From: Novakomyces olei
Lineage: Eukaryota
Direction of reading: 5' to 3'
Assembly (NCBI GenBank): GCA_016906335.1
Contig: JADEYG010000002.1
Span: 496,001 to 560,000 of the forward strand
DNA: 64,000 nucleotides
Part shown: in pieces, positions 1 through 10,550 of the stretch
How positions within the stretch are numbered: position 1 is the first letter of the stretch
How the letters are laid out: each line of letters starts with the position of its first letter
Translations under genes and position numbers: made by a program
Notes under the pieces: generated by a model
Databases searched by the model: none
Told to the model about the DNA's origin: nothing
Seen by the model: only the letters and a program-made list of their open reading frames with translations

Positions 1-429
1 GAACTGGGCTTGTTTTTGCTTGCCATGGCAGCACGATGATTAATAGCCCACTGCACCATATCCAACAGCCCCGCAAACCTCATTGCTGTCCGCGCTTCTG
101 AGCAGACCTCAGAAACGCGCCTTATCGCTGTTGCGAAGGCCAGTAGACGTGTAGCCGCGGCCGTCCAGGTCTTTTGTGTTACCACTATACTAGAGGTATT
201 GCTAAAGAGCAAAGAAATTGCTGCTGACCGCTGGAGTTGGGGGCGTGTGGCAGCGCGTGAAACAACGGCAGCTAACAGCCGCAGAACGTAAGATATCACC
301 ATAAGGACCCTGTCATAGCCATTGAGGGTCGAGCATAGTCTACAGTTAGTCTCTGGTAAGCAATGATTTGTAGGCATACCGAATACAATGCTGCAGTGTT
401 TGCGGTGACACGAGTCTGCTTTGAATCAT
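1..429 (-). CDS. Peroxin-11 family protein, 5' part (runs off the window edge)
   Basis: Manual model: exon 429-380, GTATGC..ACTAAC..TAG intron 379-340, then open to base 1. Product MIQSRLVSPQTLQHCIRLCSTLNGYDRVLMVISYVLRLL...SEARTAMRFAGLL matches the Pex11 G.D+.L..I.Y and S.AR...R..GL motifs. Confidence 0.7.
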
Positions 430-1283
430 GGCTGGCTGGCTAGCTTCAAATTGGGATCCAATGTTAGAGGAGGTAATACAGCTAGCTGTCAAGGACGAAT
501 GCGGGAATACTTGTGGGAACTAGGCATTGTTAATATTATTATTCTTTCGCTAAATTTTTGTTTGGGTGGAATTGGTTTCTAAGCCGATAAGATATGTACG
601 CGAGTTTCATATATAAAGTATGCGAGCAGCAAAAGTAATATTGACAAAGATTTGAGGTGTACCAAAACCTGATTATGCACTTGTAAATTCGCGTCTTTGG
701 CCTTATTTGATTGGCAGGCATGGAGAACAAGCGGTAGGCAGCAAGTAGGCTCCTCCAACATTAGAGACTTTTTCAAATGCCAGTCTCATATATCATATAT
801 TATATTTACAAATTCTCCTCGTTTATTTTGCAAGTACGCCAAGTTAAAGCTATTTTGCACTTGCCTCTGTAAATTGCTCGAAACACAGCATATTAGCGCT
901 CTTGCTTGCAAATGCCCACGGTAAAAGTGTGCTGAAGAAGGCGGCGTATTTGCTATGCAACTACTCGTGAAACTTTTTGTCAGCTTTGCACAGCTGATGC
1001 AATATTACTGGTCTCATTACTGGCTGATTTTATAAGCGGACGGGGCCCGTCCGTGTAGTGGCAGCCATGTTGCTCCGATTCAGCGTATCTCACAGCGATT
1101 TTCATTTTATAATTTGACGTCTTTCCAATATTTGGAATATTTCCTGTATGCAATGCAATGTATCTTATCTGCCTTCTTGCATATAAATTTTCATTTCATA
1201 CAAGTCGATGAGTAATCAGTCTACTACGATACGCTTAGTGTATAATAAACGATGTTAAACCTATAAAAGTCTAATGTATGTAT

Positions 1284-1808
1284 TTAAAAGTCATTTTCCA
1301 CCTTCCAATAAGTTTGTACTAGCGCTGTCTTTCTTCTTGCTGATATCGATTGAAAGAAGATTTTACTTGATTAGCATCGTGACAAAGTTGTATTCTAATA
1401 TTGAATCAAAGCAGTGCCAACTCAAGCTCTTTAATACTGCTCTCTGGAGCATAAGTAAAACTGTAAAATAGATGAAACTCAAACTGGTCCATTCTTTTGG
1501 AACCATTCCCTAAAGGTTGATCGCTCCCACGCAGTAAATCCTCGCGTTTTATTCGTCTTCGATTGAGACCATTGATTATCGCATGCAATCTTCGTAACTT
1601 AATAGTCTGCTACCGGAATTTTACCGACTGCTCTCGCGTCTTTGGCAGAGGTCAAGCTGCTTTCTTTTTTTTTAAGTCTCGGTAATAATTTAAGAACTAA
1701 ATCATTCATACAATCAAGATAATAAGGGACAGATTTATTCTTTGGATTATCGAGATAGGTAAGGGAGCAGAACGTCCCACATTCGTTTAACAACGAAGTA
1801 ATGTTCAT
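1284..1808 (-). pseudogene. Possible degenerate homeodomain-like gene remnant
   Basis: A single frame from ATG 1808 reads MNITSLLN..., one stop at 1599, then RGFTAWERSTFREWFQKN (1544-1491) and, after further stops, KIFFQSISARRK (1364-1329). Resemblance is by eye only. Confidence 0.2.
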
Positions 1809-4800
1809 ATTTGAGTTGATTAGAGGACAATATAGCGCTTGGGAAGCATTAGCATAGGCCTCAGCTTTTCCCTCTCCTCTCTTATGGAGCTCTGAATTAA
1901 ATCCCTTTTTGCCTTCCCCTCCTCTATTTTCTCCATACTGACGGATAATGTCAATGTATTCTCCGGAGGAGACCTCGCTTATAGGAAGCTATAGAGCTGA
2001 TACCAACCCACGAGATCCAGGATGGAGAGTAAAGGCATGCTGCGAGACCGCAAGGAACAAAAAATATGCAATTTTTGCGGGTGCGTGCATTATTTTTCAG
2101 AGAGTGCTTTTCTTGATTCTCGTAAAAGACTGACCGTCGACCACCTTTTTAATTGAGACTAGCAACGATGGAAAATATTTGTGGGCTTAAGGTGAGCGCA
2201 AAGGAACGGTATATATACATGGACAGAGAGATACCCTCTCAAGCACAATACAGAGACCGTATTATTCAACGGAGGTTTCATTCAATGCTCTCACGCTTCT
2301 TTTCTGGTTTCCGAAACTGAGCACCAATCCCAACTGGTTGCAAACTTGAGTATTGCATTGATGGATGAGAGCCAAGGCAATTTAAAACATGTACTACTTC
2401 ACCATGCTTCTGTGTGACTGATACAAAATTCAACATTACCAAAAAAATAAAAATGATAGGGAACGAATGTACGTCAGGGTCCGGACTAGGCCATAAATGT
2501 AGAAGTATCTATTGATTGCGAGACTCGATAAGGAATAGACCCATAATAGTCTGCAATCTGAGAAAATGGGTTGCATTGCGTTGGCTGTCACGTACATGTA
2601 TGAGAATATTAAATCTTTCTTGCTTGCACCTTGCTCTAAAACAGACGATTCCGCAATTCGTGTCCGCTCTCTTTGTAGCACATCATGCAATCAGGGAGCT
2701 CCCTACCATTTTGTTTGTCTGATAATGATTCGATTAAGCAGATCGGTTAGAACGTTTCGTTTAGTGTCGGTCAAGCATCTGATAAAAGTAGCTCCGATAG
2801 GATCAATGTTCTCGAGAGCATCCAACGGTTCATGGCTCTTAAATAATATAGAACCTACAGCTTATATATTACGGGAAGTATGCTTGATTTTATTTGTCCA
2901 AACTCTGTCGCCGACCAAATTCATAGTCTACCTTTTTTTGTAACACGTGCACTTTTTACTTTGTACTTGTAAAACACGACCACGTGAAATATTACGACAA
3001 CACATTCGCGGAATAACGTCATGCTTGTCTTATTATATTTTAAACATTTCAGAACAGAAATTGCATTATGATATTCGAATTAAAATCACATAGCTCAATT
3101 GGTGGTGGGTTAATGACAAACGAAATAATACAAAGAATATTTAAATGGACTTGCTGTCCTGTCAAATAATAGAGTAAACGTGGGGACGATTTTACTACGG
3201 CATTCGGGTTACTTATAAATCTAGCATCTCCATGTTTTTTATACTCACGATTAATTTCAAACAATTATTATTTATATTAGGACGTTTTGCCATATATTAA
3301 ACCAGCAAAGCTCGCCCAGCAAAGTCATTGATGTATCTGTATTTCACAAACGCTTACCTAGGATCTTTAATAATTCGATTCCAATTCTACTGGGAAAAAC
3401 ATTGGAAGTCAAGTAGCCAATATATGTATCACGCCGGTGGTCCGAAACAATGTAGCATGGTCTTAAGATACCGAAGAGAACTGGCGCAGCAAAGCTCTAC
3501 CAGGTGTGTCGCTGCAATGCCTGTATAACGGATTTCGTTCGCACAGAGGTGACGCAGTTCGTTCAGTGTAGTACTTGCCGCTGTAAATTCCGACGTGCCA
3601 CTGGCTTCGATCGTATAAGACGTAGTATAATTTCCAGCTAACCATTGACACGCTTTCTGAGACGAGATGTCGAAACAAGCTCTCCGTGTCGTTGGCATCA
3701 TGGCCATCCGTGACGAACCCATGCAACTGTCGTATAAAGACTGAAAAAGTGTGCCAAATTGACGAGCAATGCCGACTGACTTGCCTATTAGCATTTCGCA
3801 GTTTAATGCTTGCATGTCCCCTCTGCTCTCTTGCCTTTTTCCTCTTGGATCGTGCGCCATCAATTTTCATTACTGGCATTTTTCGCTTTGTTGGTCAAAC
3901 GTAAGAAGAGCGCCTTTGGGTAGCTCTGCAATGACAATGCGTTTGCCATTCCTCTTGATATATGATAAAGACATAGAATACGCCCCACAAATCAGTACCA
4001 AGACAACATGGTTTACGATGGATAGATGCATTTGGAGATGAAATAATTAAGTCTCTTCGTAAATCTGGTCCCTTTCTGCAATGCGTATACATATATATTT
4101 ATCCATAGATTTCTATAGATAGACTTGTCAGCATTTCTGGATGATTGAATTGCGGGGTAAGTGCTTTTAATTTCCGTGGGGCGATGCCTTTTCACTATAA
4201 AGCACAGGCGCATGTCACGCAAGACACGTTTTATACGTCTGCTTACGGGTTTAAACTGAGAGAATACTCCAAAATCCGGCGCCGCACTGAGTCAGCATGC
4301 GTTACACCACTTGAACGTACGGCAAACTTTGCATAGTGTTTTGGGGTAGTAAATAGATTATATATAATTAAATTGTATGAATAATATATATTATTTGTAT
4401 AGCGAACCATACGCATACGAATTATGTGAGTAATATTTGATAGTTAATTTTGCATAAGGGCGCCTAGCACTATTTTCAGTTTTCGACACACTTTTCCTGG
4501 AATATTTTACATTGTGCACTATTCCCGTCGTCGATCCGCATATACCCAGCATTAGTGTTTTCATTAGTCTTTCGTAGAACATTTTTCTTGACGCATTCAT
4601 ACGAATATAACTAGATCCTTTCTAAATACCCGCAAGGATTTAGGTGTAAATATGACCTTTTGAAGAGATTAGACAAGGCTCCCTGACGAATCGTAGCTGT
4701 TACAAAGTGTCATGCCACGCTTGCCAGTAATATAGCATATCATAATGTGCAAACTTTGTTACGCTTACATGAGCAGCCGTAATCTGTCATTGTTAAGAGG

Positions 4801-4900
4801 AATCCTTAAAAACTGTCCTTATGCGAATATAGACAGACAAGTACGAGGAAGTAAGAATTCTTGGAACTTGATATTATAATAATTGTAATAACTTGTACCA

Positions 4901-4901
<1 letters not shown>

Positions 4902-4939
<38 letters not shown>
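4902..4939. repeat. Poly(A) tract, 38 nt, followed by short (TAA)n
   Basis: Directly visible homopolymer upstream of the arrestin gene. Confidence 0.95.
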
Positions 4940-4946
<7 letters not shown>

Positions 4947-5466
4947 TAATAATAATAGAAATAGAAATAAAACAGTCCGAGTATTAATTTTTCCACTAAT
5001 TCAGTGATTTGGAGGGACAGATACTCACAGGAAAATAAGATCCTGCTTCTCCTCGTTGTAAGACCTTTCCCCAAAACTAACAGTGCGCAAAGGCGCGCAA
5101 AACTGTTAGCGCATTTGCGCAAGTTACGGTGGGCGTCAGAAAACTCTTAATTTGACTTGTAGACGAATATTCGGTTCACTTGTTACAAAAAGGTTACATA
5201 TTGAAGGCAACAAGGACAAATCCAGATCTTTTGAGAAAGCAAGAGGATCGAGATCATTAAACGAAGAAGAAACGAGGAATAGCAAAAGCATAAATAAGTG
5301 TCACAGCAAGCTCTTCCGTCAGCAGCAGCAGAAAGCCTTATTAGGGAAAAGCAAGAAGAAGCAAAGGATAAGAGTCAGAGATCTTCCTTTGTTTGCCTTT
5401 TTGCCTTTTTGCCCTTTTGTCTCCATCTTTCTATCGGCATTATACGTATTGACTTTTCAAACATCA

Positions 5467-6885
5467 ATGCCCTCAATCATGCTTCCTTCGAACTTACAGG
5501 CTCGAATTCCCGGAGCATCTTCATCTTCATCAGCTTCTGCTTCAGGCTCAAAAGGCCATCATAGCTCCGCCAACAGTCACCACAATCATCTTCACGGTGC
5601 CAGAGCGCTACTTTCGACAAACCGGTCTCAGTCAGGAAGCCATGGAGCTGGTGGAAATGTTTCATCTAACAATTCTGCTGCTGCCGTCCTCGATATCAGC
5701 ATGGAGTCTCCTCCACTAGTAATGTTTGGCCCCCCGGAGAACTCCACGGGGACCCTGGCCTCTGGCATTTTGAAAATGACCGTATTTGAACAACATTTTT
5801 CCGCTAGTGCGTTACGCCTGCAACTGGTGTTCACTGTGGTCTCTCACCGTCCGGTTGTGAACTCCTGTTCTGCTTGTAAAACTTACAAGCGGGTTATTCA
5901 TACTTGGAATTTTATCGACACTGCTCGAACACTGCTTCATGGCACTCATTCTTGGCCTTTTTCATACTTGATCCCCGGACATTTCCCTGCCTCGGCTGAT
6001 ACGTCGCTTGCAACCATCTCTTATTCCCTCGAAGCGGCACTTTTTACAGCGTCTACTTCTAGTAATAGCCTCACCGTTGACGATAAGAAGCCGGCTGCCT
6101 TTGAGCTGGCAATGCCTCTTAAACTCTCACGTTCTATCTTACCAGACCTGGATAGAACGGCTCAGCGAGTATTCCCCCCAACTGAACTTTCTGCTACTGT
6201 TGTTTTGCCCAACGTTTTCCACCCGGGTGCCTCTCATCCGGTTGATGTTACGTTTAGTGGCATGTCTACTAAAGCTGGTTCACAGTGGCGGCTGCGTAAA
6301 CTGAGCTGGCGAATTGATGAGCTGCTAAAGATCGTTTCAGAGCCCTGCAAAATGCACGTTCACCGATTACAGGCAGCTGCCAAGGATGGAGAAAGGCAGC
6401 GTAAAGGCCTCTTATACGAGGAAGTAAGGACTATTGGATCTGGAGACGCAAAATCTGGATGGAAGAGCGATTTTACTTCGGGCTCGGGTAAAGTAGAGTT
6501 GGAACTTAATGTTTCTACTCACTTTTTATCCGGCGTAAACTGTGGAATAGATACTTCAACACAGAACCCGTTTGAAATGCCTATTACGCTTGACGTTAGT
6601 CATACACTAACAATGGAGTCAATTGTAGTTGAGGAATCTGTAAAGACTCCTGGATCCAACGGTGTTCCTACTGGAGCTGCTCGAATTCTGCGGATGAGCG
6701 TTCCTATTAAAATGACGGAACGAAGTGGACTCGGAGTCTCGTGGGACGAAGAGTGCCCGCCAATGTTTGAGGATGTTGGAGCTGCTCCCCCAGAGTACGA
6801 GGATGTGGTTACCCCAGAGACTTTGACCCAACAGGGTAAAGAAGTTTTGCCCTTGGAAGGTGTAAACCGGTCTGGCGGGTACTAG
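5467..6885 (+). CDS. LDB19: Arrestin-related trafficking adaptor, Ldb19/Art1 family
   Basis: ESPPLVMFGPPENSTGTLASG, HSWPFSYLIPGHFPAS, RVFPPT, WRLRKLSWR, TGAARILRM and ERSGLGVSWDEECPP motifs plus C-terminal PY motif PPEY. First ATG at 5467; no intron. Confidence 0.9.
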   Translation: MPSIMLPSNLQARIPGASSSSSASASGSKGHHSSANSHHNHLHGARALLSTNRSQSGSHGAGGNVSSNNSAAAVLDISMESPPLVMFGPPENSTGTLASGILKMTVFEQHFSASALRLQLVFTVVSHRPVVNSCSACKTYKRVIHTWNFIDTARTLLHGTHSWPFSYLIPGHFPASADTSLATISYSLEAALFTASTSSNSLTVDDKKPAAFELAMPLKLSRSILPDLDRTAQRVFPPTELSATVVLPNVFHPGASHPVDVTFSGMSTKAGSQWRLRKLSWRIDELLKIVSEPCKMHVHRLQAAAKDGERQRKGLLYEEVRTIGSGDAKSGWKSDFTSGSGKVELELNVSTHFLSGVNCGIDTSTQNPFEMPITLDVSHTLTMESIVVEESVKTPGSNGVPTGAARILRMSVPIKMTERSGLGVSWDEECPPMFEDVGAAPPEYEDVVTPETLTQQGKEVLPLEGVNRSGGY

Positions 6886-7644
6886 AAGATAGGGAGACGG
6901 TGAGGAGTATGCGCGGGCAGTACAGATAAATGAATCAAAAGGTATTTGTGCGCTTACTTGATAAAGCTGGCAGAACATGTTCGTTTGGACCATGTGCTCG
7001 TAGGGCCCGAAGCCGATATCTTAGGATTCTATTGTTGCAGGTTTTAGTGCTCTTATTTATTTATTTATCTCTTTATTCACTTAATTTAATTTGTTTTGCT
7101 TTTAATTGTTATATTGATCTAGAATTTGGACACTACTGAAACATTAGTCAATTACGGCTGGTCACAGTTCAGTTTTTGTTTTAGTAACTCTACATCTTTT
7201 ATTTTTTCTGTTATTTTATGATGGCTTTTTGTTGTGTGTTACCACCGGGGTTTAACTACTATTTATGAATTATTTACTATTTTGGCAGAATTAATTAATT
7301 ATTGGTCATTCATTACATTAGATTGCGCTGTAAGTTATTGACCAAAATTTGCACTAGAGAGTATTGCATTCATAGCAGCATGATGTTCTTCATATCCCAT
7401 TGTTTCGAATACTGCGATAGTGACGGCCTTTATTAAATAACCATTAGAGACCTTTTGAATTTACATTGCAGATCTTCAGAGAACTCGTCGTGTATTTGCT
7501 TGCCAAAGCATGCTTCTCAGAATGAGTATCGACTAATATTATTAGAAACTATGACTATTTTGAAAAGGCATCTAGCACGGTGCGTTATCAACAAGCGCAC
7601 GGAGTAAACAGATAAAAATTAGGTTTTAAAATTAAAGCAAACGT

Positions 7645-8288
7645 TTAGAGCTTAATCTCCTTCAAACCGTCCTTGAAGAAGCTAATGTAGGGGGTGATTC
7701 CGTCCTCGCGGTAATTGAGCAGGCAGATCATACCATCTGGATCCATGCTCTCGCCAGTATAGAAATCATAATCTTTGAAGTTGCCAAGAACTTTCTTGAC
7801 AAATTCAGTGGCCTTCTTCTCAAAGGTGCTAACACGCTCAGGGTGTTCCTTTTGCAAATATTCCTTGATTTTTTTCATGTAACCCTTGATGTATACCATG
7901 TAGGCTGGAAAAGAGTCAGCAATTTTGTTTTCCATTCAGTAATTGGAGAATATGATAATAATAAAATCTTTCGGTTTGCGCATAGTTTTATGTGCAGCGA
8001 GTCTTGGCCTCTTATTAAAAATTTAAGGAAAGAAAACTTACACTTCTTGTCGAAGCTAGTCTGCTGCAACCGGAAAGAATGCACCAAATTGTTCACAGTC
8101 TGAGCGTCCTCAGCAGCTTCAGCCTCGGCCTGCTCTTCGGCAGAAGGGTTGGCACCAATGTTGATATCGCCCTCGCGAATAGTGATCATTTGGCAGTCCG
8201 CCTCGTACACAATATCATCGACCACTTTGAGGTCATATGCATCGGAAAGAAGTTCATCGTTTGTAATAATATCCGTAAACAACAACAT
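7645..8288 (-). CDS. TMA19: Translationally controlled tumour protein (TCTP/Tma19)
   Basis: Exons 8288-8042 and 7904-7645 join FDKK-S-YMVYIKGYMK (168 aa). IGANPSAEE and FYTGESMDPDG signatures present. Confidence 0.97.
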
Positions 8289-8839
8289 CTTAGCAAATAA
8301 AACAAATCAAGAATTTGCAATGCTTTTTCAAAACTGAATTTGAACGGTTGGAGGATGAGAAATCAGAGAGAAAAATTCCCTGCTATATTTTTTTAATTTT
8401 TTTTTGTTTTGAGAGTCGAGACCACTTACAATAATACTCCATCATTCTGCAAGCAATTATTTTATGTGGACCTTCAATGAAGTATAATGGATTTATTAGA
8501 ACCAGTGCATAATGCATGTTTTTCTAAGAAATTGTAATGAGCGCTATAATGTGTAACCATACAAAAAATAAGATCAAAAAACAAGAACAAAAAATACAAA
8601 ATAAATTAAACCTCATGAAATTTGTATTACACTCGCCCCTTTTATAAGAATTTGCTAAATTATTGTATTGCTAATTTATTGGGGCATTTTGGTCCAAACG
8701 GTTGATGCCCCTATGCATTGCACACTATTAACGCTCAGTGTATGCTGCAAGCTTATCCAGTACTAGAGCTACTTGCATGCTGAAAAGAAAAGAGGCTATC
8801 AATTCGATTGTGAAAACATTAAGCTTTATATATACAAAT

Positions 8840-9695
8840 CTAGTCATTGCGCGCCTTTTTGCGCCGAGTATTGTCTTCGACCGCCATACCATTCAAAGGC
8901 TGAGCTTCTACTGTGATCAACTCCCCTTGCCATGCTAGACCAACGACCCGGAAAAGTAACTTGTTATGAATATTTAATGCTTTGCCATGCGAATCGACCC
9001 AGTGTCCATTTTCCTCGCCAGCTGAGAAATCGGGTTCTTCAAAATGCCAATCATCAGGAATCTGTGGCCGAAGAATCGACGCATTAAACATATTGTGCAT
9101 TAATAAACCAATATGACCTGGGCTTTGCAAATTTATACGTCCCTCTGCACATTAGAAAAATGACGAGAAAGTATTAAAAAAAAAAACTAACAAAACAAAA
9201 CAAAACAAAACAATGATAACTATGCAAATTTTCAAAAACTAGAGACGACGGCCATTATCTCTAATTCAGGCGAAAACGAGATATGCCAAACAACAACAAA
9301 ATCCAGAGAGAAAAGGCGGCAAGACAACAAAAAATCCATCGTTAGCGCTTACCCAGTATATCTCCAATTAAAGGTCTCCATAAAAGCGCATCGACTTGAA
9401 CCCACGTGAACGAAAAAGGGGAATCATACATGACTTTTCCTGTCCATTCGCATAATCTAACATTTTCGTAGGCTAAAAGCACACCGCCATGTTTACCCTG
9501 CACTTCGAAATATCGCATTATTTGCCCGGCCATGTATTCTTCAATAGCGGCAATCGGATTGTTTGAGTATACCGGTGGAATATCAAGATATATTTTTATG
9601 CTCGTCCGGTAAAACGGAGAGACAAAATAGCCAGCGTCATTGCCGCCTTTTGCCGGTAATGACCGCGGTCTCTTCTTCCCCGTTTTCTCGCTCAT
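8840..9695 (-). CDS. RPA43: RNA polymerase I subunit A43
   Basis: Exons 9695-9353 and 9144-8840. GVLLAYENV, DSPFSFTWV, WRP.IGDILEGRINLQSPGHIGLL..N.FNASI motifs. Confidence 0.9.
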
Positions 9696-9804
9696 TCAGC
9701 GATAAAAATGTTTAAAAGATAATCTTATTTTTATGTCATTATAATTTTTTAATTCAAATTGAACGGGCGATATAATCTCGCATAAGTCGAATAAATATGA
9801 AGAT

Positions 9805-9820
9805 TAACCCTAACCCTAAC
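9805..9820. promoter_or_regulatory. Telomere-type box TAACCCTAACCCTAAC in the RPA43/APC13 divergent promoter
   Basis: About 2.5 copies of the TTAGGG complement, centred in a ~200 bp divergent intergenic region. Regulatory role is inferred. Confidence 0.5.
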
Positions 9821-9897
9821 ACCCCGTACAATTTAACGCAGTTCTGTAACAAATACTCAAACACTCAACGATTCCCTCGTATTATTTGTCCCGTCTC

Positions 9898-10386
9898 ATG
9901 AACTCGGTAAGCGCTTGATGTGAGCGTAACTAATTAGGCAAAAGGACTCGACTTTCTGTGAGCTTCATCTTGCTGATCCTCTGGCAGCGAGTCACTACGA
10001 ATGGCTCAATGAGGCGGCTCTTCCTGTGCAGGATATTAAAGGCGCCGAAGAGTATCTAGAAGTGGAGGATGATCTTACAGAAGGTAAGCCTGCCCTGTCC
10101 AGATTTCTATTATAAATTCTCGGAAATATGGCAATTATACGTCTTGCAAGCTGACGAAACAGCGCCGGCAAATGTGGGCGATATGGTTACACGAGCAAGG
10201 CGTAAGCCTGAGCCGACATGGAAGGATCTCGATCTCGCCGGTTTGATTGAACGGGCCTCGCGTGGCGATGCAGTTACTCTGGCTGCTGAACATTTACCCG
10301 GTCTGACTGTTGCGGAACGGCTGAGAGCTATGCAGCTAAGAGAAGCAAGTCCGTCTGCTCTTCAGCAGAGGCCGAGACACGACTAG
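9898..10386 (+). CDS. APC13: Anaphase-promoting complex subunit Apc13/Swm1 family
   Basis: Exons 9898-9906, 9945-10083, 10163-10386 give MNSDSTFCELH...EWLNEAALPVQDI...EPTWKDLDL. The DS, W...LP.xDI and EP.WKDL.L motifs fit fungal Apc13. Confidence 0.75.
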
Positions 10387-10550
10387 ACGCGAATACGCCG
10401 TTCAGGACGCGTACATTTGGGGACCGACTGTAACGGCTTCATTAGTGGTTTGGTACTGTAACACTGGTAATTACGATATGGACACGGTACATTCACGCTC
10501 AGCTGCGTATATTTCATTACTCTACTTGCAATATGTCTATACAAACATGC

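Noticed and set aside
1200..4940. LINE-like element ending in the A38 tract
   Set aside because: No reverse transcriptase or endonuclease motifs and no target-site duplication seen.
7645..7656. TCTP C-terminal -IKL as a peroxisomal PTS1
   Set aside because: Ile at position -3 does not fit the small-residue PTS1 consensus.
8289..8445. Possible TCTP 5' intron (GTAAGT..GCTAAG)
   Set aside because: The upstream ATGs would be out of frame, and the conserved TCTP N-terminus already starts at 8288.
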